Shown here one piece after another: positions 10,689 through 21,174 of a DNA stretch of 64,000 nt. The first letter of the stretch is position 1. Every line of letters starts with the position of its first letter. Below the pieces are notes generated by a model. The model was not told where the DNA came from, ran no database searches, and worked only from the letters and a program-made list of their open reading frames with translations. The position numbers were made by a program, and so were the translations under genes. The DNA comes from Rubripirellula sp. (lineage in GTDB: Bacteria; Planctomycetota; Planctomycetia; Pirellulales; Pirellulaceae). Where the stretch lies: positions 288,001-352,000 of the forward strand of contig OZ244207.1 in the NCBI GenBank assembly GCA_965216875.1. The letters run 5' to 3'.

Positions 10689-11632
10689 CCGAGATCATGA
10701 CGCTCGACGAGCAACCGGGGGCGGAGCTTGCCGAGGCGCTCGGCGAATTTGAAAAGCGTTTTCGCTACCCGCTCGGTCAGGGACGCAGTTTTTGGATCAG
10801 TCACGGTAGCGACTACACGCGATTCTTTCGCGCGATCGGCCAGGCACGTTGTTTTGTGGCTCGACGGGGCGACGAGATTGCGGGCGTTGTTTCGGTCGCA
10901 CGCTGTCCCTTGCGTTTGACCTCCGGCGAAGTGATCGAAGCATCCTTCATCGCGGACCTCAAGCTTGCAAAGCCAAGTGATGGTTGGACGTTGGTCCGTC
11001 TGCTGCGCGAAGCCGTTCCCTGGGCACGCGTGACCAATCAGACCCCCGGTTTTTCGGTGGTGATGGGCGGAACCGCCCGAAACCCCACCCAATACACGGG
11101 GCGATTGGGAATCCCCGCGTACGAAAAGTTGGCGGAAATCACGATTCTGCGAATCCCAAGCGACTTGTTGCCGAGTACTCAACCCTGGCAGGCCATCACT
11201 CCGAATGAAGCGGCCGCTCGGCACGTCGAGTTGACGCCAGGACACTTTGCCACACAGGGCGGCAATCACGTTTTGCGCAGTCAAGTGCAACCACACGGGC
11301 TCCTGTTAACAAGCGGAAAGGCCTGCGGGATTCTCGAAGACACAAGGCAATGCAAGAGGTTGTTCCTGGATGACGGGGAAGAACTCGTGTCCGCCCACCT
11401 GTCGAGCTTCGGATTCGAGGACTCCGAGGATGCGATCCAGTTGCTGGCTGTGGCGTCCGCAGTCTGCCGCGAACACGGCATACCCGCCTTCTTCGTTTCC
11501 GTGCCTAGCGTGAGTTGCAACGAGATCCTCGGAAAGCTCCGACAAGCTGACATCATGATCGCGCCGGCAACGGTTTACGGTTTTGGACTCGCACCCGATC
11601 AAAGATGGTCCGTCAATACAGCAGAGGTTTAG
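10676..11632 (+). CDS. GNAT-like N-acyltransferase
   Basis: FVARRGDEIAGVVS, FIADLKL, tandem GNAT-like organisation; overlaps the upstream gene. Confidence 0.6.
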   Translation: METLTEIMTLDEQPGAELAEALGEFEKRFRYPLGQGRSFWISHGSDYTRFFRAIGQARCFVARRGDEIAGVVSVARCPLRLTSGEVIEASFIADLKLAKPSDGWTLVRLLREAVPWARVTNQTPGFSVVMGGTARNPTQYTGRLGIPAYEKLAEITILRIPSDLLPSTQPWQAITPNEAAARHVELTPGHFATQGGNHVLRSQVQPHGLLLTSGKACGILEDTRQCKRLFLDDGEELVSAHLSSFGFEDSEDAIQLLAVASAVCREHGIPAFFVSVPSVSCNEILGKLRQADIMIAPATVYGFGLAPDQRWSVNTAEV

Positions 11633-11637
11633 CAAGA

Positions 11638-12324
11638 ATGATTGACCAAGACATGGAACGGAAAACAAGTCGCGTGGCTGCCGCGGCGACGGACATCGTG
11701 CAGCAAAGCGATATTTTGAAAAATCAGTATTTCGCCAAGCTTGCCAATGGCGAGATGACGCGAGATGAGTTTATTCGCAGTCAACGTCAGTTCTATTTTG
11801 CCGTGGAGTTTTTCTCACGCCCGATGTCGGCGCTTCTGATGCGGGTTCCTTCGGGCCCTCAGCGACTCGGCATCCTCGAGAACGTGGTCGAAGAGCATGG
11901 CAACTTTGATCGCAAGGCGTTTCATGAGGCGACGTTCCGTCAATTCCTCGGTGCATTGGGCGATAGCGAACCGATTGATCGAGATGAAGTCGAGCCAGCC
12001 GCACACGCATTCAACTCCGCGATCATGGCAGCATGCCTGTCCGATAGTTTGCGCGTTGGCATCGGTTGTCTCGGGATCATCGAATTAGCCTTCGCCGACA
12101 TCTCCGCATTGATCGGTAACGCTGTCGTTGGGCGAGGGTGGTTAACCGAAGACGCGCTCGTGCACTACACGCTGCATGCGGAGTTGGACAAAAAGCACGC
12201 GGCCGATTTCTTTGAACTAGTGGAAGCTGACTGGAACGAACCAGAGCATGTCGCCGAAATCGAACGAGGACTGCGGCTCGGCGTGTACGTCTTCGACCGC
12301 CTCTACAAAGACCTTCTTAGCTGA
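11638..12324 (+). CDS. Heme-oxygenase-like diiron enzyme (TenA/PqqC/CADD-like iron-containing redox enzyme)
   Basis: ENVVEEHG, FHEATF, GIIE, HYTLHAELDKKH candidate diiron ligands. Confidence 0.75.
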   Translation: MIDQDMERKTSRVAAAATDIVQQSDILKNQYFAKLANGEMTRDEFIRSQRQFYFAVEFFSRPMSALLMRVPSGPQRLGILENVVEEHGNFDRKAFHEATFRQFLGALGDSEPIDRDEVEPAAHAFNSAIMAACLSDSLRVGIGCLGIIELAFADISALIGNAVVGRGWLTEDALVHYTLHAELDKKHAADFFELVEADWNEPEHVAEIERGLRLGVYVFDRLYKDLLS

Positions 12325-12352
12325 ATCGGTTTCGGGGAGTTGCGATCGAAAA

Positions 12353-12757
12353 GGGACAGAAAGATGAAGGACAGAAAAATGGGGTGAGGGAACGGGAGGT
12401 TTGAGAGAGGCAAAAAGATGGTGGGCAGAAAAATGAAGAGTGGGTTGATGGATTGGTGAAGTTGGGGTTGAAGAGGGACAGAGAGATGAAGGGCAGAATA
12501 ATGGGGTGAGGGATCGGGAGGTTTGAGAGAGGCAAAAAGATGGTGGGCAGAAAAACGAAGAGTGGGTTGATGGATTGGTGAAGTTGGGGTTGAAGAGGGA
12601 CAGAGAGATGAAGGGCAGAATAATGGGGTGAGGGGACGGGAGGTTTGAGGGGAGGCAAAAAGATTGTGGGCAGAAAAATGAAGAGTGAGCTGATTGATTG
12701 GTGAGGTTGGGGTTGAAGAGGGACAGAAAGATGGAGGACAGAAAATGGGGTGAGGGA
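12353..12757 (+). repeat. Purine-rich tandem repeat, about 3.3 copies of a 122-123 bp unit
   Basis: GGGACAGA unit starts at 12353, 12475, 12597, 12720. Confidence 0.9.
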
Positions 12758-12909
12758 TGGTGCTCGATGGACGGAAAACAGATGACGGATTAGTGAGCGG
12801 ACGAGCAAAGCGATTGATCGGTTGGAGAAGCCGGCAGGGGCATTGATCTCAGCACCGCTCCTTGATGCTCCCAATCGTCAAGGAATTTGCCACTCTCAAT
12901 CTCGCACGT

Positions 12910-13180
12910 CCCCTCACTCCATTTTTCTGTCTCATCTCCCCGCCCCTCACTCCTCGATTCCCGTCCCACATTTTTTTTTGCCCCCCATCTTTTTGCCTCT
13001 CTCCAATCTCTCCCACCAGCCACCCCATTTTTCTGTCCTCCATCTTTCTGTCCCATCTCCCCGCCCCTCACTCCTCGATTCTCGTCCCGCAATATTTTTG
13101 CCCCCATCTTTTTGCCTCTCTCCAATCTCCCCCACCAGCCACTCCATTTTTCTGTCCTTCAATCTTTCTGTCTCATCTCT
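12910..13180 (-). repeat. Pyrimidine-rich tandem repeat (~120-bp period) carrying the 12353-12757 core motifs in inverted orientation
   Basis: CACCCCATTTTTCTGTCCTCCATCTTTCTGTCCC and CCATCTTTTTGCCTCTCTC are reverse complements of the left-array motifs. Confidence 0.85.
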
Positions 13181-13300
13181 CCCCGCAATTCCCCACCTCA
13201 GCTCGTTGGCAAACTGGGCGATGGATGACTAAATTGTGTCTTCCTGCCTGCCGGAATATGAACTTCGGCGCCCCGCCCCACCACCACAGCGAGTCCATTG

Positions 13301-14767
13301 ATGACGAAGAATGAACCGAGCCGTCGTAGCTTTATCAAGACGACGGCGACGGCCGTCGGTGCTGCAACCCTGACGAAAACGGCGGCTTCTGCCGCTCCCT
13401 CTCCAGCAAGCAAGCTGCGAATTGGCTTCATCGGTCCTGGCGGCCGAGGATTCGGTGCTCACGTCAAACGGCTGACCAAGCTGCAGGTTGAAGGCGAACC
13501 GATCGAACTGGTTGCCGTTTGTGATGTCTACAACGAACACCGCGACCGCGCCGCGAAACACATCGAAAAAGAAACTGGCGTTGCGCCGAGCAAGTACGAA
13601 GACTACTTGGACATGATTGCCAAGGAAGATCTCGACGCCGTTTGCATTGGGACGCCCGATCATTGGCATGCCAAACAAACGATCGATGCACTCAATGCCG
13701 GTTTGCACGTCTATTGCGAAAAGCCGATGACCAAGACGGTCGAAGAAGCGATCCGCGTCATGAAGACGTGGCGTGATAGCGGCAAAGTGATGCAGGTCGG
13801 TGTGCAATCGACAAGTTTGCCCGTTTGGAACCAGGTCAACGAGATTTTGTGTTCAGGAAAACTTGGCAAGGTATTGATGTACCAAACCGAGTTCTTCCGC
13901 AATTCGGCGCAGGGCCAGTGGCGCTATTACAAGCTAGAACCACAGATGACGCCCAAGAACATCAACTGGCGCAAGTGGCTTGGTGTTGATGAGGGACTGG
14001 CAGAGTACGAAGATTTTGACCGTGCAAAGTACAAACAATGGCGCCGCTTCTGGCCTTATGGATCGGGGATGTTCACCGACCTGTTTGTGCACCGAACGAC
14101 CACGATGTTGAAAGGGACGGGATTGCGATTCCCGGGGCGTGTCGTGGGCGCCGGCGGCATCTTCTTAGAGTATGACGGGCGCGATGTGCCTGATGTTGCG
14201 ACCGTCGTTGCTGACTTTCCGGAGGGTGTGCAAGGTTTGGTGACGGCGACGATGGCCTGCCAAAACACGCCGATTCGTCAGATGATTCGCGGGCACCACG
14301 GTTCGTTGGTCTTTGGAACTGGCGAGCAGTTTGAAGGGTTTGATTTCGTTGCCGAACGGCCGCAAGTCACTCGTGACAGTAAGCTCAAAGACGAACGTAT
14401 CGAGGTTGGTCAAGTGCCTGACACAACCTACGCGCACTTCAAGAACTGGGTCGACGCGATGGTGGCGAACGATCCATCATTGTGTAACAACGACCCGGCA
14501 CTTGGCGCCGCGGCAATCACGACCGTGATTCTGGGCGCGCGAAGTTATCGAGAAGGGAAAGCATTCTTCTTTGACGACAAGAGCCTTGAAGTCAAAGAAG
14601 CCGACGCGTCGTGGGCCAAGGGATGGGAGCAACGCTCGCACGAACGCGGAAAGCCCAACCACATCGCGGGCTGGAACGCTGGCGACCACGGTAGCGTCTT
14701 GGAAGAACCTGACTACATGAGTCTGGCCGGGCCTTGGAAGGGTGGTCGCCCACCAGAACGCAACTAA
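13301..14767 (+). CDS. Tat-exported Gfo/Idh/MocA family oxidoreductase
   Basis: SRRSFIK Tat motif, IGPGGRG, TPDHWH, YCEKPM. Confidence 0.92.
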   Translation: MTKNEPSRRSFIKTTATAVGAATLTKTAASAAPSPASKLRIGFIGPGGRGFGAHVKRLTKLQVEGEPIELVAVCDVYNEHRDRAAKHIEKETGVAPSKYEDYLDMIAKEDLDAVCIGTPDHWHAKQTIDALNAGLHVYCEKPMTKTVEEAIRVMKTWRDSGKVMQVGVQSTSLPVWNQVNEILCSGKLGKVLMYQTEFFRNSAQGQWRYYKLEPQMTPKNINWRKWLGVDEGLAEYEDFDRAKYKQWRRFWPYGSGMFTDLFVHRTTTMLKGTGLRFPGRVVGAGGIFLEYDGRDVPDVATVVADFPEGVQGLVTATMACQNTPIRQMIRGHHGSLVFGTGEQFEGFDFVAERPQVTRDSKLKDERIEVGQVPDTTYAHFKNWVDAMVANDPSLCNNDPALGAAAITTVILGARSYREGKAFFFDDKSLEVKEADASWAKGWEQRSHERGKPNHIAGWNAGDHGSVLEEPDYMSLAGPWKGGRPPERN

Positions 14768-14869
14768 TTCCGTTGCGTTCGATAGATGTCTGTTGACGGG
14801 GCACGCCGCCGGTTGCGCGGCGTGTCCTCGATCGAGTTCGTTTGGTCCCTCCGTTTTGGATCGTTTGTC

Positions 14870-16294
14870 ATGCAGCTTTCGCGTTGCCTTTTGGTCTTGG
14901 TCGTCTCGGCGTTTGCTGCCGTTCCATTCGAAAATTCGTCGGCCGAACAGACTCGCCCCAACGTTCTTCTGCTTTGCATCGACGACTTGCGTCCCGAGCT
15001 TCATTGCTTTGGCAAAGACTACATTCACTCTCCAAACATCGACGCTTTGGCTGAGGGTGGGCGGGCGTTTCACCGACACTATGTCCAAGCACCGACCTGT
15101 GGCGCATCACGTTACACGCTTTTGACAGGGCGATACGGTGGCACGAACAACGGCGCGCTTTTCGCACGCGCCACGCAAATCAAGAAATCGTCCGACGCCG
15201 TTGCGCCGAGTATGCCGGCATGGTTTCGCCAGCGGGGATACACAACGGTTTCAGTTGGAAAGGTTTCGCATCATCCCGGCGGATCGGGTGGCAAGGATTG
15301 GAATGATACGTCTCAACTCGAAATGCCAAACTCATGGGATCGGCACTTGTTGCCCGAAGGGCCGTGGCAGCACCCACGTGGTGCGATGCACGGATTGGCC
15401 AATGGCGAGATCCGCGTGAAGGCGGGCGAGATGGATGTTTATCAGTCGACTCAAGGCGACGATTCGATCTATCCGGACGGCTTGATTGTCGACCAATCAC
15501 TCCAGCAGCTTGACGAACTCGCATCCGATGGCAAACCTTTCTTTTTGGCCGTGGGCATCATCCGGCCGCACCTTCCCTTTGGCGCGCCGGCGAAATACAT
15601 GTCGCACTACAAAGACGTGACGTTGCCTGCGATTCCGCATCCCACGAAGCCTGATGGGAAGACGACTTGGCACGGCTCGGGCGAGTTCATGAAATACAAC
15701 CGCTGGGGTCGCAACCCAAACAATGACCCCGAGTTTGCCGATCTTGTGCGCCGGCACTACGCAGCGTGCGTCACTTACGCCGATGCATCGGTTGGTCGCG
15801 TTCTCGAGCGTTTGACGAAACATGGACTGCGCGACAACACGATCGTGGTTCTCTGGGGTGATCATGGTTGGCATCTCGGCGAGCACGCGATTTGGGGCAA
15901 GCATGCTCTGTTCGAAGAATCACTTCGCTCGCCAATGATCATTCATTACAAGGGGATGGCACACGCTGGTGAAAAGACCGATTCCATGGTCGAAACACTC
16001 GACATCTTTCCGACACTGTGTGAACTGACGGGCATCGAGAAGCCTGACTTCGTTCATGGCGTTTCGTTGGTTCCGATCTTGAACGATCCCAACGCCGGTG
16101 GCCACGCAGCGCTCTCGTATGGCGGGAACCGCAAGACGATTCGAACCGATTCCCATCGGCTCGTTTTGCACAAGGACGGCTATGCCGAACTCTACGATCA
16201 TCGGACGCCTGCAAGCGAGACGGCGAACGTTGCGAAAGAGAACCCATCGCTTGTGGCCGAACTCTCAAAGCAGATTCGCGATCGGTTACCGTGA
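14870..16294 (+). CDS. Sulfatase (iduronate-2-sulfatase-like)
   Basis: [45 protein letters not shown]. Confidence 0.92.
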   Translation: MQLSRCLLVLVVSAFAAVPFENSSAEQTRPNVLLLCIDDLRPELHCFGKDYIHSPNIDALAEGGRAFHRHYVQAPTCGASRYTLLTGRYGGTNNGALFARATQIKKSSDAVAPSMPAWFRQRGYTTVSVGKVSHHPGGSGGKDWNDTSQLEMPNSWDRHLLPEGPWQHPRGAMHGLANGEIRVKAGEMDVYQSTQGDDSIYPDGLIVDQSLQQLDELASDGKPFFLAVGIIRPHLPFGAPAKYMSHYKDVTLPAIPHPTKPDGKTTWHGSGEFMKYNRWGRNPNNDPEFADLVRRHYAACVTYADASVGRVLERLTKHGLRDNTIVVLWGDHGWHLGEHAIWGKHALFEESLRSPMIIHYKGMAHAGEKTDSMVETLDIFPTLCELTGIEKPDFVHGVSLVPILNDPNAGGHAALSYGGNRKTIRTDSHRLVLHKDGYAELYDHRTPASETANVAKENPSLVAELSKQIRDRLP

Positions 16295-16753
16295 GGGAGT
16301 CGCAACGGCCGTGATGCGCATCACACCGTATTTCCACTTGCCGTCGTCTTTGACAACCACGGTGGACCACGCACCACTTGATGGGTAATCGGATGGGCCG
16401 TTTTCTACTTTCCAACGACCGGTGGCGACGACGACATCGTCGCGGAGGTGTCGTCGCGTCAACTGTTTTCCGTCGATCTTTGCACCCGGATTGTTTTTGA
16501 AAAATGCGGCATGCCCAGCCGCAATCTGTGGCCGACCCATAAGAAGATCGCCAGTCAAGATGCTGTAGTCACCATCGGCAGTGAAAAGGGATGCAATGGC
16601 TTTGGCATCTTGCTGGTTGAACGCTGTTGCGTACGCTTCGTTGAGCTGGCCGATGGCGGCAAAGTCGGGGCCAGAATCTTCGGCAGCGATTGGATTGCAA
16701 ATCAGGCACGATCCAACAAGTAGGCCGCAGGAAACGAGATTGCGAAGCAACAT
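16286..16753 (-). CDS. SgcJ/EcaC (NTF2-like, DUF4440) family secreted protein
   Basis: [21 protein letters not shown]...GRPQI...[10 protein letters not shown]. Confidence 0.8.
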   Translation of the reverse strand: MLLRNLVSCGLLVGSCLICNPIAAEDSGPDFAAIGQLNEAYATAFNQQDAKAIASLFTADGDYSILTGDLLMGRPQIAAGHAAFFKNNPGAKIDGKQLTRRHLRDDVVVATGRWKVENGPSDYPSSGAWSTVVVKDDGKWKYGVMRITAVATPSR

Positions 16754-16798
16754 GGAAGTGCACCTTTGGGTTTGTGGGCAGTGATCTGCCAACGACAT

Positions 16799-16823
16799 CC
16801 ACCCTTCTGGCGAAGGTCGCTAC
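16799..16823 (-). repeat. Single REP copy (GTAGC family)
   Basis: CCACCCTTCTGGCGAAGGTCGCTAC. Confidence 0.65.
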
Positions 16824-17039
16824 GAAGCGTCGGCGGGCTGGGGAGAGACTGAATGCGAAGCTAGAGGCCAGTTTAACCGCTGCGACGCAGGTCGGGTCGC
16901 GATGAGAGAACAAAGAATGCGGTCTGGCTTGCGGTCAAAACGACTTGCCCATGCCACGGTCGAGGGGTGAAGGCCATCGCATCAGGGGCCTCCCTATAAT
17001 GAACGCCGGGCTGACCACCCATAACCAGGCGGGATTCAG

Positions 17040-18392
17040 GTGGAGTCGAAAAACCCAAACCAATCGTTCCATTGGCAAGTGCATGCCGATGCCGCAGCAC
17101 TCGTTGCCCATTTGATCGACGAAGTGTCTCAGCATTTGCCGGCACTGACGCGACTCAAGCAATTGATGCTCGATCATACGGGCACGCGTCTGATGGACTG
17201 GATTGACCATTTCTTCTTCGGTGTTGATCCTACGCTTCAGGGTCAATTGGAAGCGTGTGGCTTTGAGTCGGTGCCAGAAGAGGAAGGCGTTTGGCGGCAC
17301 GCCGGCGGGTTGTTTCCCGATGTATTGATGAAACAAACATCGGTCGCTGGACTCGCTTTAAAAGTTGAAAGCGTCGACGATTTTCTATTCAGTCACGCCA
17401 TCACCGCGTTGGTGGAAGGCGAACCCGATTCGCAGCTGCGTCGATGTGTGGTTTGGGAGAAGGGGCGTTGGCAATGTGTGGTCGTTGAACGACATGGCTA
17501 CGGCGGCTACGAGCCACAGCGCATCGATATGCGCATGCTCGGCCAGTCGGTCGTCCATGGTGTTCAACTAAAGCGGGTCCGGCGTATTTACGATGACGTC
17601 AATGCAGCGTTCGACGAACTCGATGCGTTGGTCGATGCCTCCACGGCAGACATCGGTTGCGATTGGACATGCGACCTTTTCTTTGCTGCGGAGCGAGCCT
17701 ATTGGCAAAGTCGCAATCACGCGGCGAGGATTCAAAAGGCACGGCAAGACGCTCTGGGACTTGGTTGGGCCAATCACGACCATCATACCTATCGATCGAG
17801 TCGAGAGCATTTTGCCAGACTCATCGGCTTGCTTGAAAAGATGGGCTTCGTTTGTCGAGAACGGTTTTACGGAGGTGCTGAAGCGGGCTGGGGGGCGCAA
17901 GTGCTTGAGCAAACCGGTACAGGGATTGTGGTGTTTGCCGACGTCGACATGTCGCCCGAGGAAGTGATGGGCGACTTTGCTCACGAAGGGTTACCGCAAA
18001 ACGACGATTTGGGCACGGTGGGGTTGTGGTGCAAACTTCATGGAGAAGCGATTTTCGAAGCGGGCATGCATCATCTTGAATGTCAATTTGATTATCGTGC
18101 CGCCGTGAAGCAACTCGCGGTTTTCGGCATCGAAACGATGTCGCCGTTTACCGATTTGCCCCACCTCAAACAGGCCTTTACCAAAGGGCAACGCTGGCCC
18201 ATTCGGACGTCGAAGATCAAAGCGGCCTTGGATGCGGGTGCCATTGATCAACAACAAGCCGATCGCTTTCGGCAGGAGGGCGCGATCGGATCCCACCTCG
18301 AGATTCTAGAACGCAACGGCGGCTACAAAGGCTTCAATCAATCTGGGATCAGCGAGATCATTCGGCAAACCGATCCACGCGGCGATGCGTAA
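17040..18392 (+). CDS. Conserved hypothetical protein, probably a VOC/HPPD-like metalloenzyme
   Basis: NHDHHTYR, GMHHLE, LKQAFT, HLEILERNGGYKGFN parallel the HPPD motif order. Confidence 0.65.
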   Translation: MESKNPNQSFHWQVHADAAALVAHLIDEVSQHLPALTRLKQLMLDHTGTRLMDWIDHFFFGVDPTLQGQLEACGFESVPEEEGVWRHAGGLFPDVLMKQTSVAGLALKVESVDDFLFSHAITALVEGEPDSQLRRCVVWEKGRWQCVVVERHGYGGYEPQRIDMRMLGQSVVHGVQLKRVRRIYDDVNAAFDELDALVDASTADIGCDWTCDLFFAAERAYWQSRNHAARIQKARQDALGLGWANHDHHTYRSSREHFARLIGLLEKMGFVCRERFYGGAEAGWGAQVLEQTGTGIVVFADVDMSPEEVMGDFAHEGLPQNDDLGTVGLWCKLHGEAIFEAGMHHLECQFDYRAAVKQLAVFGIETMSPFTDLPHLKQAFTKGQRWPIRTSKIKAALDAGAIDQQQADRFRQEGAIGSHLEILERNGGYKGFNQSGISEIIRQTDPRGDA

Positions 18393-18442
18393 GATAAACA
18401 GCCGAAGAACGATACGACGATTCTGTAGGGTTGAATCTGCCG

Positions 18443-19771
18443 ATGCCACATGTTGCTTTCGCCGCCATGTCCGGTTTGAGAGTTCGCGAGAGTGAACTGC
18501 TCGAATTTGGAATGACCTTGCCAGGCCTGGCGAAGCGAGCGACCGCGTTGTCTGGCCTTCCATCGCTCGGACTGTTGACGCTCGCCGGAATGACTTCTGA
18601 CAGCGGTTGGACTTACAGCTACCACGATTCAAGCAGCGATACCCTTTTTGATGAAATCCTTGAACAGCAGCCGGATCTCGTTGCCGTCAGCGCGTTGACG
18701 GCATCAATCAATCAGGCCTATGCGCTGTGCGACTCACTTCGTGGATCCAATGTTCCGACGGTGATTGGCGGGCTTCATGCTACGGCGTTGCCGGACGAAG
18801 CGGCCGTGCACGCAACCAGTGTTTGCGTTGGTGATGGCGAATCGAGCTGGCCAACCATTCTCGCGGATGCCACGTTGGGACAGCTCAAGCCCATCTATCG
18901 CGCGACCAAACCATTCGACCTCGCTCATTGTCCGATGCCCGCGTTTTCGGCGTTGCCCGATCGTCGCCCTCAACGTTGGACGTTGCAGACCCAGCGTGGT
19001 TGCCCTTGGGCCTGTGAGTTTTGCGCGGCTAGTCGATTACTTGGGCCACCGAGATTCAAGCCAGTCGACCGTATTGCTGAAGAACTCGGCGTGATCAAAA
19101 AGCTTTCCCGCAACACACCCTGGGTCGAGCTTGCTGACGACAATACTTTTGCGGGACGACGTGACGCTCAGGAACTTCTTGATGTGCTCGCAGACGCGAA
19201 CATACGTTTTTTCACCGAAAGCGATTGGCGAATTGGCTGTCAACCCAAAGTTGTCCAGCGACTCGCCGAAGCGGGTTGCGTGCAATTACTCGTCGGCCTC
19301 GAATCACTTGCGTTTCGATATCCAGGTATGGGACGCAAACGCGCCGAACTTGACCAAATGACCGACGCGGTCGCAACGATCCAGGACCATGGAATTGTTG
19401 TCAACGGTTGTTTTATCATTGGTGCCGATGGTGAAACCAACGCATCGCTTGATGCGCTCGCCCAGTTTATTGACGAAAGCCCCATCGCGGAAATCCAACT
19501 GACTCTGCAGACCCCCTTTCCCGGGACCGCGCTTCATCGGCGTTTGGCAAAGCAAGGGCGACTACTTGTCGATCGTGATTGGTCCCACTGCACGTTATTC
19601 GACGTCGTGCACCAACCAGACCTCATGTCGGTCACCGAATTGGAGCAGGGGTTTCGGCGCGTTATGCGTGCCGTCTTTGGGGGGACGAGTGGCAAACGCC
19701 GATCCGAATTGCGACGCGAAGTGTCGCGGCGTCATCCCAACCATCACAGGATCAAGCGGGGGCATTCATGA
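18443..19771 (+). CDS. B12-binding-domain radical SAM enzyme
   Basis: LPSLGLLTLAG, GGLHAT, GDGE, QRGCPWACEFC (CxxxCxxC), DDN, GLES, TPFPGT. Confidence 0.92.
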   Translation: MPHVAFAAMSGLRVRESELLEFGMTLPGLAKRATALSGLPSLGLLTLAGMTSDSGWTYSYHDSSSDTLFDEILEQQPDLVAVSALTASINQAYALCDSLRGSNVPTVIGGLHATALPDEAAVHATSVCVGDGESSWPTILADATLGQLKPIYRATKPFDLAHCPMPAFSALPDRRPQRWTLQTQRGCPWACEFCAASRLLGPPRFKPVDRIAEELGVIKKLSRNTPWVELADDNTFAGRRDAQELLDVLADANIRFFTESDWRIGCQPKVVQRLAEAGCVQLLVGLESLAFRYPGMGRKRAELDQMTDAVATIQDHGIVVNGCFIIGADGETNASLDALAQFIDESPIAEIQLTLQTPFPGTALHRRLAKQGRLLVDRDWSHCTLFDVVHQPDLMSVTELEQGFRRVMRAVFGGTSGKRRSELRREVSRRHPNHHRIKRGHS

Positions 19772-21042
19772 TCAGTCCGTGGACCATTGTTCAGTTTTTG
19801 TTTTTTCGCGAATCGGCGATTGTCAAGATTGCGGCATCACCTGCGGCGATAGGGGTTGGCGCAGGCTTTGTTCTGTCGGCTGGATTCGCAAGGGAGTATG
19901 ACGGCGAATATCTATTGGCCGAACCGTGGCACTTGCTCATCCCGTTGGTGGCTTCGTTGCTCGGCTGCATCGTGCTGTTCATCACGCTAGCGATCATCGA
20001 CGCGAACTGTACCAGAAAGTCGTTTGTGCCTTTGTTGAGAGTCTATTGGATGATGGCGCCGATGGCCTGGCTTTACGCGATCCCATTTGAACGCTTCCTT
20101 TCCGCGGGCGATGCGACACGAGCCAACCTGTGCTTGTTGGGAGTGGTTGCAATATGGCGCGTCGCGCTCATGATCCGCTGTATTCAGGTTCTATTTCATG
20201 CTCACTTGGTCTCGGCCACTGTTCCCGTGCTTCTTTTTGGGGATGCACTTGCACTGCTTGCACTCAAATTCGTTCCGGGGCCGATTTTCATGATCATGGG
20301 TGGCGTCCGCCTGACCGAGAGTGAGGGGACGATTCTCGGCATGCGAATGCTGCTTGGATTCGTTGGGGTGATTGCTCTGCCATTTCTTGTGATCTCTTTC
20401 GCCGTGCTATGCAACCGTGGAAAGCCCTGGCGGTGGATCGGGAAAGACCCTCGGTGGCAACCTGTGAAAGTCGCGAGAGCAACTTGGGCGGTGGTCATCC
20501 TTTCCCTGCTGATCTGGATTCCCATTTTGCCGACCACGCAAAAGGAGCAGGCGTTGCGTTACGATGCCGATCGGTTCATTCGAGGTGGCGATTTTGGTTC
20601 TCTCGTGACACGGTTGCAGGGCGTCGCGCAAGCAGAGATGCCACCCCATTGGGATCCGCCGCCGCGAACGGGCTACGGCGAGTTCAGTCCACACGTGCAC
20701 GACGTCGCAGCCAATCTGATGGATTCGGACGCACCCGATTGGTTGATCGAACGCTACGTAGAAAAGCTACGTTGGCAAGCCTCCTCTGGCGTTCCATGGT
20801 TCTTCAACTCGCACCAGTTCACTGAGCACGATGTTGTCGCCTACGTTGATTTGTTGGAACGTATTGACCCAGAGGTGGGACGTGAAATCGCCCGGCACGT
20901 TCGACCCTCGAGCGAGATGCCAGGTGATTCAAGCCCTCGAGCCGATGCATTGCGACGATTGCGAAAAATCGCTGGCGTCGAAGAAGAGCCCAAGCCCTCA
21001 GTGGAAGCGTTTCTCGATGACGAGCAAGACACGCCGCTGTGA
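19768..21042 (+). CDS. Hypothetical multi-pass membrane protein
   Basis: ATGA overlap with the rSAM stop; several TM segments, AREYDG, WMMAPMAWLYAIPFERF. Confidence 0.75.
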   Translation: MISPWTIVQFLFFRESAIVKIAASPAAIGVGAGFVLSAGFAREYDGEYLLAEPWHLLIPLVASLLGCIVLFITLAIIDANCTRKSFVPLLRVYWMMAPMAWLYAIPFERFLSAGDATRANLCLLGVVAIWRVALMIRCIQVLFHAHLVSATVPVLLFGDALALLALKFVPGPIFMIMGGVRLTESEGTILGMRMLLGFVGVIALPFLVISFAVLCNRGKPWRWIGKDPRWQPVKVARATWAVVILSLLIWIPILPTTQKEQALRYDADRFIRGGDFGSLVTRLQGVAQAEMPPHWDPPPRTGYGEFSPHVHDVAANLMDSDAPDWLIERYVEKLRWQASSGVPWFFNSHQFTEHDVVAYVDLLERIDPEVGREIARHVRPSSEMPGDSSPRADALRRLRKIAGVEEEPKPSVEAFLDDEQDTPL

Positions 21043-21174
21043 CGACGGAGCGGTGTTCCAAGATTGCGCCGAGTACACCTTTGGCGCAACTTGCGTTGGG
21101 TGACGCGGTCTCTTACGCTGTCCTGCTAGTCAACGCTCTCCGGGAATCACGAGCCGCTAAGGAGTCATGGATCG

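Noticed and set aside
12317..13314. CRISPR array or protein-coding ORFs in the repeat region
   Set aside because: Linkers are near-identical between units rather than unique spacers, there are no cas genes, and the ORFs are low-complexity translations of the repeats
16995..17000. Sigma70 promoter from TATAAT upstream of the 17040 gene
   Set aside because: No matching -35 element; a lone hexamer is insufficient
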